64,000 bases of DNA from Planctomycetota bacterium (lineage in GTDB: Bacteria; Planctomycetota; UBA1135; UBA2386). The notes beneath the pieces are model-generated. The model was not told the DNA's origin, made no database searches, and saw nothing but the letters and a program-made list of their open reading frames with translations. The position numbers and the translations under genes were made by a program. Where the stretch lies: the NCBI GenBank assembly GCA_965223545.1, contig OZ245006.1, forward strand, positions 6,720,001-6,784,000, read 5' to 3'. Of the stretch, positions 9,920-19,495 are shown one piece after another; the stretch's first letter is position 1, and each line of letters starts with the position of its first letter.

Positions 9920-10714
9920 TCAGAAGGCCAGCGCGACCGCGTCGCGGAGCGCGTCCAAGACCTCGGCGTCGTCGGAGAGCGGATGCGCGATCGCGGCCTC
10001 GCACGCCGCCCGCGGCGCGATCCCCGCGCCGATCAGCCGGCCGGCGTGCACCAACAGCCGGGTGGACACCGTCTCCGCCAGCCCGAGCTCGGAGAGGTCG
10101 CGCACCTTGGCCGCGAACGCGACCAGCCGGCGCGCGGTCGCGGCGTCGACGCCCGATTCACGGGCGACGATCTCGGCTTCGACCGCTGCCTTGGGGTAGC
10201 CGAACTCGATGCCGACGAAGCGCTGCCGCGTCGACGGCTTCATCTCCTTGAGCGCGCTCTGGTAGCCGGGGTTGTAGGACATGACCAACAAGAAGCCCTC
10301 GGCGGCCGGCAGCGCCAGGTCGCGCCGGTCGAGGTAGAGCGTGCGCCGGTGGTCGGCGAGGGGGTGGAGTACGACGATGACGTCGTCGCGCGCCTCGGCG
10401 ACCTCGTCGAGGTAGAGGATCGCGCCGCGGCGCACCGCCCGGGTCAGCGGGCCGTCTTGCCAGACGGTCTCGCCGGCCTCGACCAGGTAGCGGCCGAGCA
10501 GGTCGACCGCCGAGGTCTCCTCGTTGCACGCGACGGTGACCAGCGGCCGCTCGAGCGCGGCCGCCATCGCCTCGACGAAGCGCGACTTGCCGCAGCCGGT
10601 CGGCCCCTTGAGCAGCACCGGCAACTTGGCGCGATGCGCGGCGCGAAACAGCGCGCACTCGTCGCCGGTGGCGCGGTAGTAGGGCGCCTCGGGCGTGCGC
10701 ACCGCGTCGTTCAC
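9920..10714 (-). CDS. norQ: NorQ/NirQ/CbbQ AAA+ ATPase
   Basis: GPTGCGKSRF, YLDEVAEAR, SYNPGYQS, MKPSTRQRF; GTG start overlaps the norB stop. Confidence 0.95.
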   Translation of the reverse strand: MNDAVRTPEAPYYRATGDECALFRAAHRAKLPVLLKGPTGCGKSRFVEAMAAALERPLVTVACNEETSAVDLLGRYLVEAGETVWQDGPLTRAVRRGAILYLDEVAEARDDVIVVLHPLADHRRTLYLDRRDLALPAAEGFLLVMSYNPGYQSALKEMKPSTRQRFVGIEFGYPKAAVEAEIVARESGVDAATARRLVAFAAKVRDLSELGLAETVSTRLLVHAGRLIGAGIAPRAACEAAIAHPLSDDAEVLDALRDAVALAF

Positions 10715-12102
10715 GCCGGGCTCCCCGGTGCCGTGACCGCAGCGGCGCCTTCTTCTTCCGCCGTCGCCGCCTCGTCCGCGACCACGGCGCCGACCGGCTT
10801 GCCGTAGCGGATGAAGGTCCACATGTAGGCGCCGATGCCGACGGTGAACAGCGCGGCCGCCAGCAGCACGCCGATGAAGTGCACCTCGAGCTCCTCCTGC
10901 ACGGTGAGGAAGTCGAGGCCGACCTTGCGCTCGAGATAGACCTGACTGACGCCGGCAACGGCAAACGCCACCGTCATCCCGAGCATGCCGACGTTGCTGA
11001 CCCAGAAGGCGAACGCCGAGGCGGGCGTGTCGTACAGCTTGCGGCCGGTGAGCTGCGGCATCGCGTAGCTGATGATGGCCAGCACCAGCATGGCGTACGC
11101 ACCCCAGAACGCCATGTGGCCGTGCATCGCGGTGACCAAGGTGCCGTGCGTGTACAGGTTGACCTGCGGCAGCGTGTGGGCGAAGCCCAAGAAGCCCGCG
11201 CCGACGAACGACATGATCGAGCAGCCCAGCGTCCACGCCAGCGCGTTGCGGTTGGGGTGGTTGCGGCCGCCGCGGCGGGTCATCGCCAGCGCGTAGATCG
11301 CCATGCCGAGGAAGGCCAGCGGTTCGAGCGCGCTGAACAGTCCGCCGATCCAGAGCCAGTAGCGCGGCGTGCCGATGTAGTAGTAGTGGTGGCCGGTGCC
11401 GAGGATGCCGGACAGGAAGGTGACGCCGACGATCACGTAGAGCCACTTCTCGATCAGCTCGCGGTCGACGCCGGTGAGCTTGATCAGCAGGTAGGCGAGG
11501 ATGCCGCCCATGATCAGCTCCCACACGCCCTCGACCCACAAGTGCACGACCCACCAGCGCCAGTACGAGTCCAGCGTCTGGTGATCGGTCGGGATCATGC
11601 CGGGCAGGTAGAGCAGCGCTGCCATCAGCAAGCCGAAGTACAGCACGCAGCTGGTGGTGGTGATGCGCCGGCCTTTGAGGATCGTGGCGCCGATGTTGAC
11701 GATGAACATCAGCACGTTGACCACCACGAGGAAGTCGAGTGGCCGCGGGATCTCCAAGAACTTGCGGCCTTCCCACCAGTGGAAGTGGAAACCGACGATG
11801 GCGACCACGCCGACGACGATCAGGCTGATCAGCTGCAGCCACGCCAGCCTGGGCCACAGAATGTCGCGCTCGACCTCGTCGGGGATGATGTAGTGCGCCG
11901 CGCCCATGAAGCCGCACAGCAGCCACACGACCAAGAGGTTGGTGTGCGTCGCGCGCGCGACGTGGAACGGGATGAAGTCGTGCAGCGGGTCGTAGCCCGC
12001 GTGCGCGAACGCCATGATGAAGCCGTAGACGATCTGCAGGCCGAACAGCAGCATGCAGGTGGCGAAGAACCAGTAGGCGATTCGTTGTGATTCGTAGCGC
12101 AT
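10711..12102 (-). CDS. norB: Cytochrome c-dependent nitric oxide reductase, large subunit
   Basis: WWVVHLWVEGVWE, GTGHHYY, HGHMAFWG, GRKFLE; 463 aa with no qNOR N-terminal domain. Confidence 0.96.
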   Translation of the reverse strand: MRYESQRIAYWFFATCMLLFGLQIVYGFIMAFAHAGYDPLHDFIPFHVARATHTNLLVVWLLCGFMGAAHYIIPDEVERDILWPRLAWLQLISLIVVGVVAIVGFHFHWWEGRKFLEIPRPLDFLVVVNVLMFIVNIGATILKGRRITTTSCVLYFGLLMAALLYLPGMIPTDHQTLDSYWRWWVVHLWVEGVWELIMGGILAYLLIKLTGVDRELIEKWLYVIVGVTFLSGILGTGHHYYYIGTPRYWLWIGGLFSALEPLAFLGMAIYALAMTRRGGRNHPNRNALAWTLGCSIMSFVGAGFLGFAHTLPQVNLYTHGTLVTAMHGHMAFWGAYAMLVLAIISYAMPQLTGRKLYDTPASAFAFWVSNVGMLGMTVAFAVAGVSQVYLERKVGLDFLTVQEELEVHFIGVLLAAALFTVGIGAYMWTFIRYGKPVGAVVADEAATAEEEGAAAVTAPGSPA

Positions 12103-12105
12103 CGC

Positions 12106-12813
12106 TCAGGCTCCCTTGAGCTGCGAGAGGAAGGCCACCAGCTCGGTGATGTCGGCTTCACTGAGCGGCAGCTTCGGCATCTTGCTGTCGGCCTTGATCG
12201 CGAGTGGGTCGCGCAGCCACTTGGTGATGAACTCGGTGGTCAGCCGGCCGCCGACGCCGTCGAGGGCCGGCCCGATGGCGCCGCCCTGCCCGTTGAGCGC
12301 GTGGCAGGCGATGCACATCTGGTTGAAGATGCGGGGACGATCGCTGGCCGCGGCAACCAGGGATTGGTCACCGGTGGCGGCGGGCACGGCGGTTTGGATC
12401 AGGTCGGGCTCGGCGGGGAAGCCGTTGAGGTCCATCTCGCCGATCCACTGCAGGAACGCGACCATGTCGTCGAGCTGGCCCTCGTCGAAGTCGTACTTCT
12501 GCATGCGCCGCCGGCCCGGGTACATCGCCTCCGGGTCGGTCAGCATGGCCCGGATGAACGCCTCGCCGCGGCGCTCGTAGACCTTGGTCAGCTCCGGCGC
12601 GTAGTACGCGCCCTCGCCGAGCAGCGTGTGGCAACCCATGCAGTTGCTGGTATCCCAGAGGTGCTTGCCGCGGACCACGGCGGGAGTCATGCGCTCTTGG
12701 TTGGTCTGCTCGGGAATCTGCGCCAGCGTGTCGACCGTCAGCAGGCCGAACGCGGCAAAGCAGACCCCGGTGCCGAGCACGAAGAACGTGCGCGCGCCCT
12801 TCTTGGATAACAC
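12106..12813 (-). CDS. norC: NorC cytochrome c subunit with an extra C-terminal heme c domain
   Basis: N-terminal TM, CMGCHTLLGEGAYYAPEL; second site CIACH..GPAL...MP. Confidence 0.9.
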   Translation of the reverse strand: MLSKKGARTFFVLGTGVCFAAFGLLTVDTLAQIPEQTNQERMTPAVVRGKHLWDTSNCMGCHTLLGEGAYYAPELTKVYERRGEAFIRAMLTDPEAMYPGRRRMQKYDFDEGQLDDMVAFLQWIGEMDLNGFPAEPDLIQTAVPAATGDQSLVAAASDRPRIFNQMCIACHALNGQGGAIGPALDGVGGRLTTEFITKWLRDPLAIKADSKMPKLPLSEADITELVAFLSQLKGA

Positions 12814-12841
12814 GAGAGGCTCCTGAGCTGAGGGTTGGAAG

Positions 12842-13444
12842 TCAGGGCGAGCGCAGGGCCGCGATCGCCTCGAGAGTGGGTTGTCGGTCCGCGTTGAGAC
12901 CCTTCTGCTGGTGGACGACGACGCCGTTGCCGTCGAGCACGGTGATGATGTTGGAGTGGGAGTAGTCGCCCTCTGGCGTGCGCTGGTAGTGCACGCCCAG
13001 CACCGCGGCGAGTTCGCGCACCGCCTCCGGGCCGCCGTGCAGCAGCGTCCAGGACGGATCGAGCTCTTGCTCCGCGGCCCAGCTGGCCAGGCGTTCGGGC
13101 GTGTCGCGGAAGTGGTCGAAGCTGACCAGCACGACGCCGACGTCCGGATAGCGCTCGCCCTTCAGGTCGGCGCTCAGGCTCTGCACGTCGGCGATCGTCC
13201 GCGGGCAGGCGAACGGGCAGTGGGTGAAGATCATGGCCAGCAGCAGCGGCCGGCCGCGCAGCTCGGCCAGCGTGCGTTCGCGGTCGTCCTGGTCGCGCCA
13301 GGTGCTGTCCAGCTGCCAAACCGAGGTCCCGGGCAGCGGTCCGGCGGTGGTGCTGGGATCGCGGTCGCTCGGCGCGCGCTCTGCGCAAGCGCAGAGTGCG
13401 AGCGCCAACGCCGCGGAGCGCAGGTACGCCCGATGCCGCGTCAT
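12842..13444 (-). CDS. SCO family copper chaperone, lipoprotein
   Basis: CPFAC (CxxxC), DTPERL, conserved His in YSHSN; lipobox LCAC. Confidence 0.9.
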   Translation of the reverse strand: MTRHRAYLRSAALALALCACAERAPSDRDPSTTAGPLPGTSVWQLDSTWRDQDDRERTLAELRGRPLLLAMIFTHCPFACPRTIADVQSLSADLKGERYPDVGVVLVSFDHFRDTPERLASWAAEQELDPSWTLLHGGPEAVRELAAVLGVHYQRTPEGDYSHSNIITVLDGNGVVVHQQKGLNADRQPTLEAIAALRSP

Positions 13445-14304
13445 GGCCGCTCGCCTCCGGCGTCACTGGCGCAGCGAAAGCCGAGACCGCCGCCGACGTA
13501 GCTCGCGCGCAGGCTGCTGCGGAACGCGAACCGCATGAACGCGGCGTAGTCGGACGGGTCGGCGGCGCCGAGTGCGCCGCTGCCGCAGAACAGGTTGCGC
13601 TCGAGGGCGGTGTCGCCGCGCGACTCGCCGGTCACCAGGGCGTTGTTGAAGTCCGACAGCCACTCCCAGATCAGTCCGTGCAGGTCGTAGACGCCGTGCA
13701 CGTTGGCGAGCGTCGACCGCACCGGCCCCGGTGCGCGGGCGGGCTTGGAGTACCACTCGAGGATGGCTGCGTTGAACTTCGGATCGGAGCGGCCATCCAC
13801 GGCATCGGCGCTGGCTGCGGCGACGGTCTCCCACTCGGCGGTGGTCGGCAGCCGGCGCCCCACCCAGTCGGCGTAGGCGCGCGCCGCGAACCACGAGACC
13901 CGCGTCACCGGGCTGTCGGGCGTCGCGGCGCCGAGGTCGAGGTCGGAGGCCCAGTGGGCGAGGTAGCCGGTGTCGGCGAACAGCGGTGGAACTCGGGAGC
14001 GCCGCCAGCGCGGTACCGCGCCGACGAACGCCAGGAACTGGGCGTTGGTGACGGCGTGCTCCTCGATGGCGAAAGCCGCTACCGCGACGGGTGGCTGCCC
14101 TTCGCCCCCGAAGAGCGGCCGGTAGCTGGCTGCGGCGATGTTGCGCAGCGCGGACGCCACCGATGCCGGATCGACTGTGACCGGCGCCGGCGCCGGCGCT
14201 GGCTCCGGCATCCTACCCGCACCGGCCGAGTGCTCGCCGCCGTCGCAGGCGAGGGCCAGCAGCGCGGCCAGGCCGACCCAGGAGTTGTCGCGGGAAGTGC
14301 ACAT
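13441..14304 (-). CDS. Formylglycine-generating-enzyme (FGE-sulfatase) family protein, NirV-like lipoprotein
   Basis: VTNAQF, PVTRVSWFAA, RLPTTAEWE, GVYDLHGLIWEW, GFRCA; follows nirK; start could be 14355. Confidence 0.87.
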   Translation of the reverse strand: MCTSRDNSWVGLAALLALACDGGEHSAGAGRMPEPAPAPAPVTVDPASVASALRNIAAASYRPLFGGEGQPPVAVAAFAIEEHAVTNAQFLAFVGAVPRWRRSRVPPLFADTGYLAHWASDLDLGAATPDSPVTRVSWFAARAYADWVGRRLPTTAEWETVAAASADAVDGRSDPKFNAAILEWYSKPARAPGPVRSTLANVHGVYDLHGLIWEWLSDFNNALVTGESRGDTALERNLFCGSGALGAADPSDYAAFMRFAFRSSLRASYVGGGLGFRCASDAGGERP

Positions 14305-14351
14305 CGTCGGCTCTCGGCCCAGCGGGAAGGGGAGTGGTTGACGGCGGCGTG

Positions 14352-15794
14352 TCACCGCACCGCGGCGACCTCTTGTGGAGTGACTTCTTCGCCCTCGTTC
14401 CCCCAGGTGTTGCGCACGTACGTCAGCACGTTCGCCACCTGCTCGTCGGTGAGGTTGACCGCCGGCATGACGCCGTTGAACTCGGTGCCGTTGACCGTGA
14501 TCTTGCCCTGCAGCCCGTGCACGATGGCGCGGATCGAGCGCTCCTTGTCGGCCATCAGGTAGTCGGACTCGGCGAGCGGCGGAAACGCGCCGGGGATGCC
14601 CTTGCCGTTGGGCTGGTGGCAGGCGGCGCAGATCTGCGCGTAGAGGCGTTCGCCAATCTCGATGCGCTCAGCCGTGTTGGCGGCAACCTGGGCCGGCGGT
14701 GCCTGGCCGGGCACCTGCTGGATCGCGCCGCCCTCGATCTGGTAGATGCGGTCGTCCTGCAGGCCGGAGTAGGTGACGGTGTCCTCCGGCCCGTCGACCT
14801 TGAGCATGCCGAGCGCGCCCTTGTTGAAGGTGCGGAAGATGGAGTGGTCGACGATGATGAAGGTGCCGGGCACCTCCACCTTGAACTCGACCATCGCCGA
14901 TCCGCCCGCCGGGACCAGAGTGGTCTGCACGTTCTCGTTGCCGACCGTGCCGCCCTCCTGATAGACGACGTCGAAGATCTCGCCGATGACGTGGAACGAC
15001 GACACCAGGTTGGGGCCGCCGTTGCCGACGAACAGGCGCACGCGTTCGCCGACGCTGGCGGTGATGGCGTTGTCGCCGGCCAGCGCGCCGACCGCGCCGT
15101 TGAACAGCACGTAGTCCGGGTTCTCCTCCAGCGCCTTCTCCATGTCGAACGGCTGTAGGCCGGCCTCGCCGTAGGCACCCTTGGTGTAGAAGTCGCCCTG
15201 CATCACGTAGTACTCGCGGTCGACCTCGGGCAGCCCCTCGAGCGGCTCGACGAGGATCAGGCCATACATGCCGTTGGCGATGTGCATGCCGACCGGCGCG
15301 GTGGCGCAGTGGTAGACGTAGAGGCCCGGGTTGAGGACGCGGAACGAGAACTGCGAGGTATGGCCCGGTGCGGTGAACGACGACGCCGCGCCGCCGCCCG
15401 GTCCGGTGACCGCGTGCAGGTCGATGTTGTGCGGCATCCGGTTGTCCGGGTGGTTGTTCAGATGGAACTCCACCAGGTCACCGACGCGCGTGCGGATGAA
15501 GCTGCCCGGCACCGTGCCGCCAAAGGTCCAGAACGTGTAGTCGACGCCGTCGGCGATCGGGGCGACGTGCTCGAGCACCTCCAAGCGCACGATGACCTTG
15601 GTGGCGTGGTCGCGCTCGATCGGCGGTGGCACGCTCGGTGGCGCAGTGAGAATCGCGGTCTCCTCGCCGACGATCGGCATCGCGGCGATGTCGACGGCTG
15701 CGGTTGCGGTGGAGCGCGTCGCGGAATCGTTGCAGGCGACGAGCAGACCCAAGCAGGTCAGGGAAGCGAGGTGCGGCGTGCGAGCGAGGCGCAT
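14352..15794 (-). CDS. nirK: Copper-containing nitrite reductase (AniA-like) with C-terminal cytochrome c, lipoprotein
   Basis: [43 protein letters not shown]-terminal CAACH; lipobox LVAC; AGGAGG RBS before ATG 15794. Confidence 0.96.
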   Translation of the reverse strand: MRLARTPHLASLTCLGLLVACNDSATRSTATAAVDIAAMPIVGEETAILTAPPSVPPPIERDHATKVIVRLEVLEHVAPIADGVDYTFWTFGGTVPGSFIRTRVGDLVEFHLNNHPDNRMPHNIDLHAVTGPGGGAASSFTAPGHTSQFSFRVLNPGLYVYHCATAPVGMHIANGMYGLILVEPLEGLPEVDREYYVMQGDFYTKGAYGEAGLQPFDMEKALEENPDYVLFNGAVGALAGDNAITASVGERVRLFVGNGGPNLVSSFHVIGEIFDVVYQEGGTVGNENVQTTLVPAGGSAMVEFKVEVPGTFIIVDHSIFRTFNKGALGMLKVDGPEDTVTYSGLQDDRIYQIEGGAIQQVPGQAPPAQVAANTAERIEIGERLYAQICAACHQPNGKGIPGAFPPLAESDYLMADKERSIRAIVHGLQGKITVNGTEFNGVMPAVNLTDEQVANVLTYVRNTWGNEGEEVTPQEVAAVR

Positions 15795-15813
15795 GGAGGT
15801 CCTCCTGGACCCA

Positions 15814-15837
15814 TCAACGGACAAGAAAGTCGTTTGA
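15814..15837. promoter_or_regulatory. Imperfect palindrome, candidate Rrf2 operator
   Basis: TCAACGGAC-AAGAAA-GTCGTTTGA between the divergent nirK and Rrf2 genes. Confidence 0.45.
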
Positions 15838-15936
15838 GAACCCAACCTCCGGCGCGGCCGCTTCTTTCGCCGATTCGGGTTCTCTGCCCGCGGCTTGAAA
15901 GTCGCCCACCCGCGCGGTGTTCTCGCCGGCAAGACC

Positions 15937-16350
15937 GTGATTCTCTCGCACACCGCCGTGTACGCGCTGCGCGCGATGTCGGTGCTGGCCGAGGCCGAGG
16001 CCGGCGCCGTGCTGCGCGCGGAGGAGGTCGCCCAGCAGGCTGACATCCCCGCGCACTACGTCGCCAAGGTGATGCGCAAGATGGTGGTCGCCGGCCTGGT
16101 GCAGAGCCGCAAAGGACACGGTGGTGGGTTCGCGCTGGCGCGGGCGGCGGGGGGGATCAAGTTCCGCGAGATCTTGGCCGCTGTCGATGTGGTGATCGAG
16201 ACCGATCGCTGCGCGTTCAGCTATCGCCGCTGCAACCCGAAGAAGCCGTGTCCGCTGCACTCGACCTGGTCGCGGCTGCACGAGCAGCTGGCGGATTGGG
16301 CCGAGGGGTCGACGCTGGCCTCGGTGCGCGCCGGTTCCCGGCGCACCTGA
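15937..16350 (+). CDS. Rrf2 family transcriptional regulator with putative Fe-S ligands
   Basis: [22 protein letters not shown]-x6-C-x5-CPLH. Confidence 0.92.
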   Translation: MILSHTAVYALRAMSVLAEAEAGAVLRAEEVAQQADIPAHYVAKVMRKMVVAGLVQSRKGHGGGFALARAAGGIKFREILAAVDVVIETDRCAFSYRRCNPKKPCPLHSTWSRLHEQLADWAEGSTLASVRAGSRRT

Positions 16351-16378
16351 CGAGCGAGACGAGGCCCGTGCCCCGACT

Positions 16379-17539
16379 TCAGCCGCGCGGGGTCAGGTGC
16401 ACGCGTAGGACGCCGATGCCCCACATCACGCTCGCCAGCAGAAAGCAGCCGGTGGCCGTGCCCATCCACACGCGCATCCGCGGCGCGTCGAGGTCCTGTA
16501 GCGCGCGCGCTACCGTCGCGGCCACCAGCAGCGCGCCGAGCGCGCGGACGTAGACGGGTGAGGCCCGGGCGAGATCCTGGCGCCCGCCGTGCGCGCAGGT
16601 GACGTGCAGGCCGATGGCGAGCGCCATCATGCCGAAGCCGGCGATGAACACGACGTGCAGCCCGACCGTTTGCCGGGGCAGGCTTGCGGCCAGCGCGTAG
16701 CCGAGCGGAATCGCCCACGCCGACAGCCACACCAGCCAGCGGTGCGCGCCTGGCAGCGTCGGACGGCGGTGCAGATCTGCGGCGCGGAGCAGCACGGCCA
16801 GGGTGAGCGGCGCCCGCAGGCCGGCGCCGAGTCTGGGGTGGCCCAGGGCCTCGATGGCGAACGTGCTCGCCAGGGCGATGGCGGCGGCCAAGTGCAGAGC
16901 GCGCGCGCGTCTGGCGATGGGGCTCGGGCTCGCGTCGGGCGGGGACTCGCCACGCGTGATCAACCGGATCACCATGCCGCCGACACCGACGACCAGGCCG
17001 ACGAACACGCCCTGCGTCACCAGCAGCTGGCCGAGGCGGTAGGCGGTGAACGAGTCGTGTGCGCGGCCATACGCCATCATCGTTCCGGCGCCGGCGAGGC
17101 CCAGCAGAAGCGCGCACGGAATCCAGACGAAGCTCGTCGGCGGGCGGCGGCTTGCCGCTGGCGAGCGGAAGCGGCGGATGGCGAACGCCAGCAGCGCGCC
17201 GACTGCGACCATCCACCCCGCCTGTGCGCCGAGGTGCCACTCGGCGGATGCCGCCGCCGCGGAGCCGACCGCGCCGCCCGCGCCGACCAGCAGCGGCAGT
17301 GCGCCGGGCGCCGCGGTGCCGGTGCGCCGCGGGATGGCGGTGAACAGAAAGCCCAGCGCAAAGCAGGTCATGAATCCCTGGATCTGCACGGTGCTGTGCA
17401 TCAGGGGGCGCCACGGGGCCGGCGCGGACACCGCGTAGCGCAGCCACGGCAGCACGCCGGCCCAGGCCAGGGCGACCCCCAGGGGAAACAGCCAGCGGTA
17501 GGGTTCGCGCCGCCAGGGCGGCGCGTCGTCCAGAGACAT
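16379..17539 (-). CDS. nnrS: NnrS family membrane protein
   Basis: EPYRWLFPLG, GFLFTAIP, LHVVFIAGF, AHGG; multi-TM; next to the nir/nor cluster. Confidence 0.8.
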   Translation of the reverse strand: MSLDDAPPWRREPYRWLFPLGVALAWAGVLPWLRYAVSAPAPWRPLMHSTVQIQGFMTCFALGFLFTAIPRRTGTAAPGALPLLVGAGGAVGSAAAASAEWHLGAQAGWMVAVGALLAFAIRRFRSPAASRRPPTSFVWIPCALLLGLAGAGTMMAYGRAHDSFTAYRLGQLLVTQGVFVGLVVGVGGMVIRLITRGESPPDASPSPIARRARALHLAAAIALASTFAIEALGHPRLGAGLRAPLTLAVLLRAADLHRRPTLPGAHRWLVWLSAWAIPLGYALAASLPRQTVGLHVVFIAGFGMMALAIGLHVTCAHGGRQDLARASPVYVRALGALLVAATVARALQDLDAPRMRVWMGTATGCFLLASVMWGIGVLRVHLTPRG

Positions 17540-17598
17540 CTCTGCGACACTACTCGCGGGGCGGCACTCGGCCCACCGGGTTTTGGCTACGCTGGCGC

Positions 17599-19449
17599 GT
17601 GATGCGAATGCTCTGCTCGTTCTTCTGCATCGTCGCCGGCATGAGCGCGGTCGTCCGGGCGCAGTCGCCCGACGGAGGGCCGCCCGCTGCTGCCGAGCAC
17701 GTGTTCGTCTGGGTCAGCGGTCCGACCGGCACCTTTGACGCGCTGCGCGCCGCCGGCTACGACGACCACGACGCGGTGTGGCGCGTCGCCCGTGGTCAGG
17801 AGCACGCCGGCGTCATCCTGCCGAGCGCCGACCTCGCGGCGCTGCGCGCCGAGCTGCCGGTCGCCAGCCTGGTCCGCGTGGTCCGCAGCTCGAAGCCGCT
17901 GCGCGACGCGCCGCGCGTCGGCCGCGCCGGTCCCGACCCGCGCTATCGCACTCCGCAGGAGGTGTTGGCGGGGCTCAACGACTTGGCGACGACCTATCCC
18001 GGTCTGGCCGCCGTGTACGACTTGCAATCGCGCTACGGCGCGCCGCTGACGCACGAGGGCCGGCGCATCCACGTGCTGCGCATCTCGGACAACGCCGGCA
18101 TCGACGAGGACGAGCCGTCGATTCTGGTGTTCGCCAACAACCACGCGCGCGAGCTCAACACGATCGAGGCGGCGTTCTCGGTCGCCGAGCGGTTGCTGGG
18201 CGGGTACGCCACCGACCCGGTGCTGCGCCAGCTGGTCGACGACCATCAGATCTGGGTGCTGCCCAGCATGAACCCGGATGGGCTCGCCTACGTGTGGAGC
18301 ACCAACGACATGTGGCGCAAGAACCGCCGCGACAACGGCAACGGCACGTTCGGCGTCGACCTCAACCGCAACTACTGGTTCTACTGGGGACGGTGCGGGG
18401 CCAGCACCAATCCGGGCAGCGACACCTACCAGGGCCCGTCGGCCGGGTCCGAGCCCGAGTCGCAGGCGATGCGCGCGTTCACTCTGGCCGAGGGCTTCGA
18501 GCGGATGATCGACGTGCACAGCTACGGCCGTGACGTCCGCCACCCGTTCAACCCGCTGCTGATCGGTCAGGTGCCCAACGCGATCGCGCAGGCCTATTAC
18601 GGCATGCAGAGCGCGATCGCCAACGGCATGGGCTACGTCACCCGCGGCACTTGCTGCTGTGGAACGCACATGGAGTGGCACCACGCCGCGCACGGCACAC
18701 TCGGGCAGCTGATCGAGATGGGGACCGCGTTCCAGCCGCCGTTCACCCAGACGCAGTCCGAGGTGACGCGCATGTGGCCCGGGTTTCGCGAGTTCTTGAC
18801 GCGGCCAGTGCCGTTGCGTGGCCGCGTGCGCTCGGTTCGCGGTGGTGCGCCGGTGGTCGCCGACCTGGTAGTGCGCGGGCACCAGTTCCGCAATGGCCAG
18901 CGGGTGCAGTCGATCGGCCGCTTTGGCCGCTACCACCTCTGGATCACGCCGGGTAGCTACGAAGTCGAGTTCCGCGCGCCGGGCCACGACCCGCAGACGC
19001 TGGTCGTCAACCTGACCAGCGGCGGCACGGTGGAGCGCGATGTTTGGTTGGTGCCGTCGGCCCGGCCGACGACGCTGACCGCGCAGGGCGCCCCGCGCCT
19101 GGGCCAGACGGTGGCGCTCGATCTGTCGAGTCCCGACGACCCGGGTGCGCCGTACTTCTTGCCCGTGTCCGACGCGGTCGCGCCGCCGATGGCGCTCGGC
19201 TTTGGCCGCAGCTTGCCGATCGCGCGCAGCATCCTGCTGGAGATCGAGCTGGCCGCGCCGCAGGTGTTCCAAAACGTGCTCGGCGTGCTCGATGGCCAAG
19301 GGCGCGGTCAGGGGCGCCTCGCCGTGCCGGCGGATCCGGCGCTCGTCGGCCTCACGCTCCACTTCGCGGGCGTGACGTTGGACGCCTCGTACCTGAGTGG
19401 CGTGCGCGGCATCACGGCGCAGAGCGTGCCGCTGACGATCGCGCGCTGA
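17599..19449 (+). CDS. Secreted M14 zinc carboxypeptidase with regulatory-like domain and the shared C-terminal domain
   Basis: HARE, WRKNR, GVDLNRNY, SEPE, DVHSY. Confidence 0.9.
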   Translation: MMRMLCSFFCIVAGMSAVVRAQSPDGGPPAAAEHVFVWVSGPTGTFDALRAAGYDDHDAVWRVARGQEHAGVILPSADLAALRAELPVASLVRVVRSSKPLRDAPRVGRAGPDPRYRTPQEVLAGLNDLATTYPGLAAVYDLQSRYGAPLTHEGRRIHVLRISDNAGIDEDEPSILVFANNHARELNTIEAAFSVAERLLGGYATDPVLRQLVDDHQIWVLPSMNPDGLAYVWSTNDMWRKNRRDNGNGTFGVDLNRNYWFYWGRCGASTNPGSDTYQGPSAGSEPESQAMRAFTLAEGFERMIDVHSYGRDVRHPFNPLLIGQVPNAIAQAYYGMQSAIANGMGYVTRGTCCCGTHMEWHHAAHGTLGQLIEMGTAFQPPFTQTQSEVTRMWPGFREFLTRPVPLRGRVRSVRGGAPVVADLVVRGHQFRNGQRVQSIGRFGRYHLWITPGSYEVEFRAPGHDPQTLVVNLTSGGTVERDVWLVPSARPTTLTAQGAPRLGQTVALDLSSPDDPGAPYFLPVSDAVAPPMALGFGRSLPIARSILLEIELAAPQVFQNVLGVLDGQGRGQGRLAVPADPALVGLTLHFAGVTLDASYLSGVRGITAQSVPLTIAR

Positions 19450-19458
19450 GGCGCGCGC

Positions 19459-19485
19459 CGCGGACGCCGCCGCGCGGCGTCCGCG
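19459..19485. terminator. 12-bp perfect hairpin between convergent genes
   Basis: CGCGGACGCCGC-cgc-GCGGCGTCCGCG; no U-tract. Confidence 0.5.
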
Positions 19486-19495
19486 TGCTCGCTGC

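Noticed and set aside
9920..11926. 668-aa NorQ with a long N-terminal extension
   Set aside because: The extension is an off-frame overlap with norB; the real start is GTG 10714.
15795..15936. FNR/DNR/NnrR box
   Set aside because: No TTGAT-N4-ATCAA-like site with correct spacing was seen.
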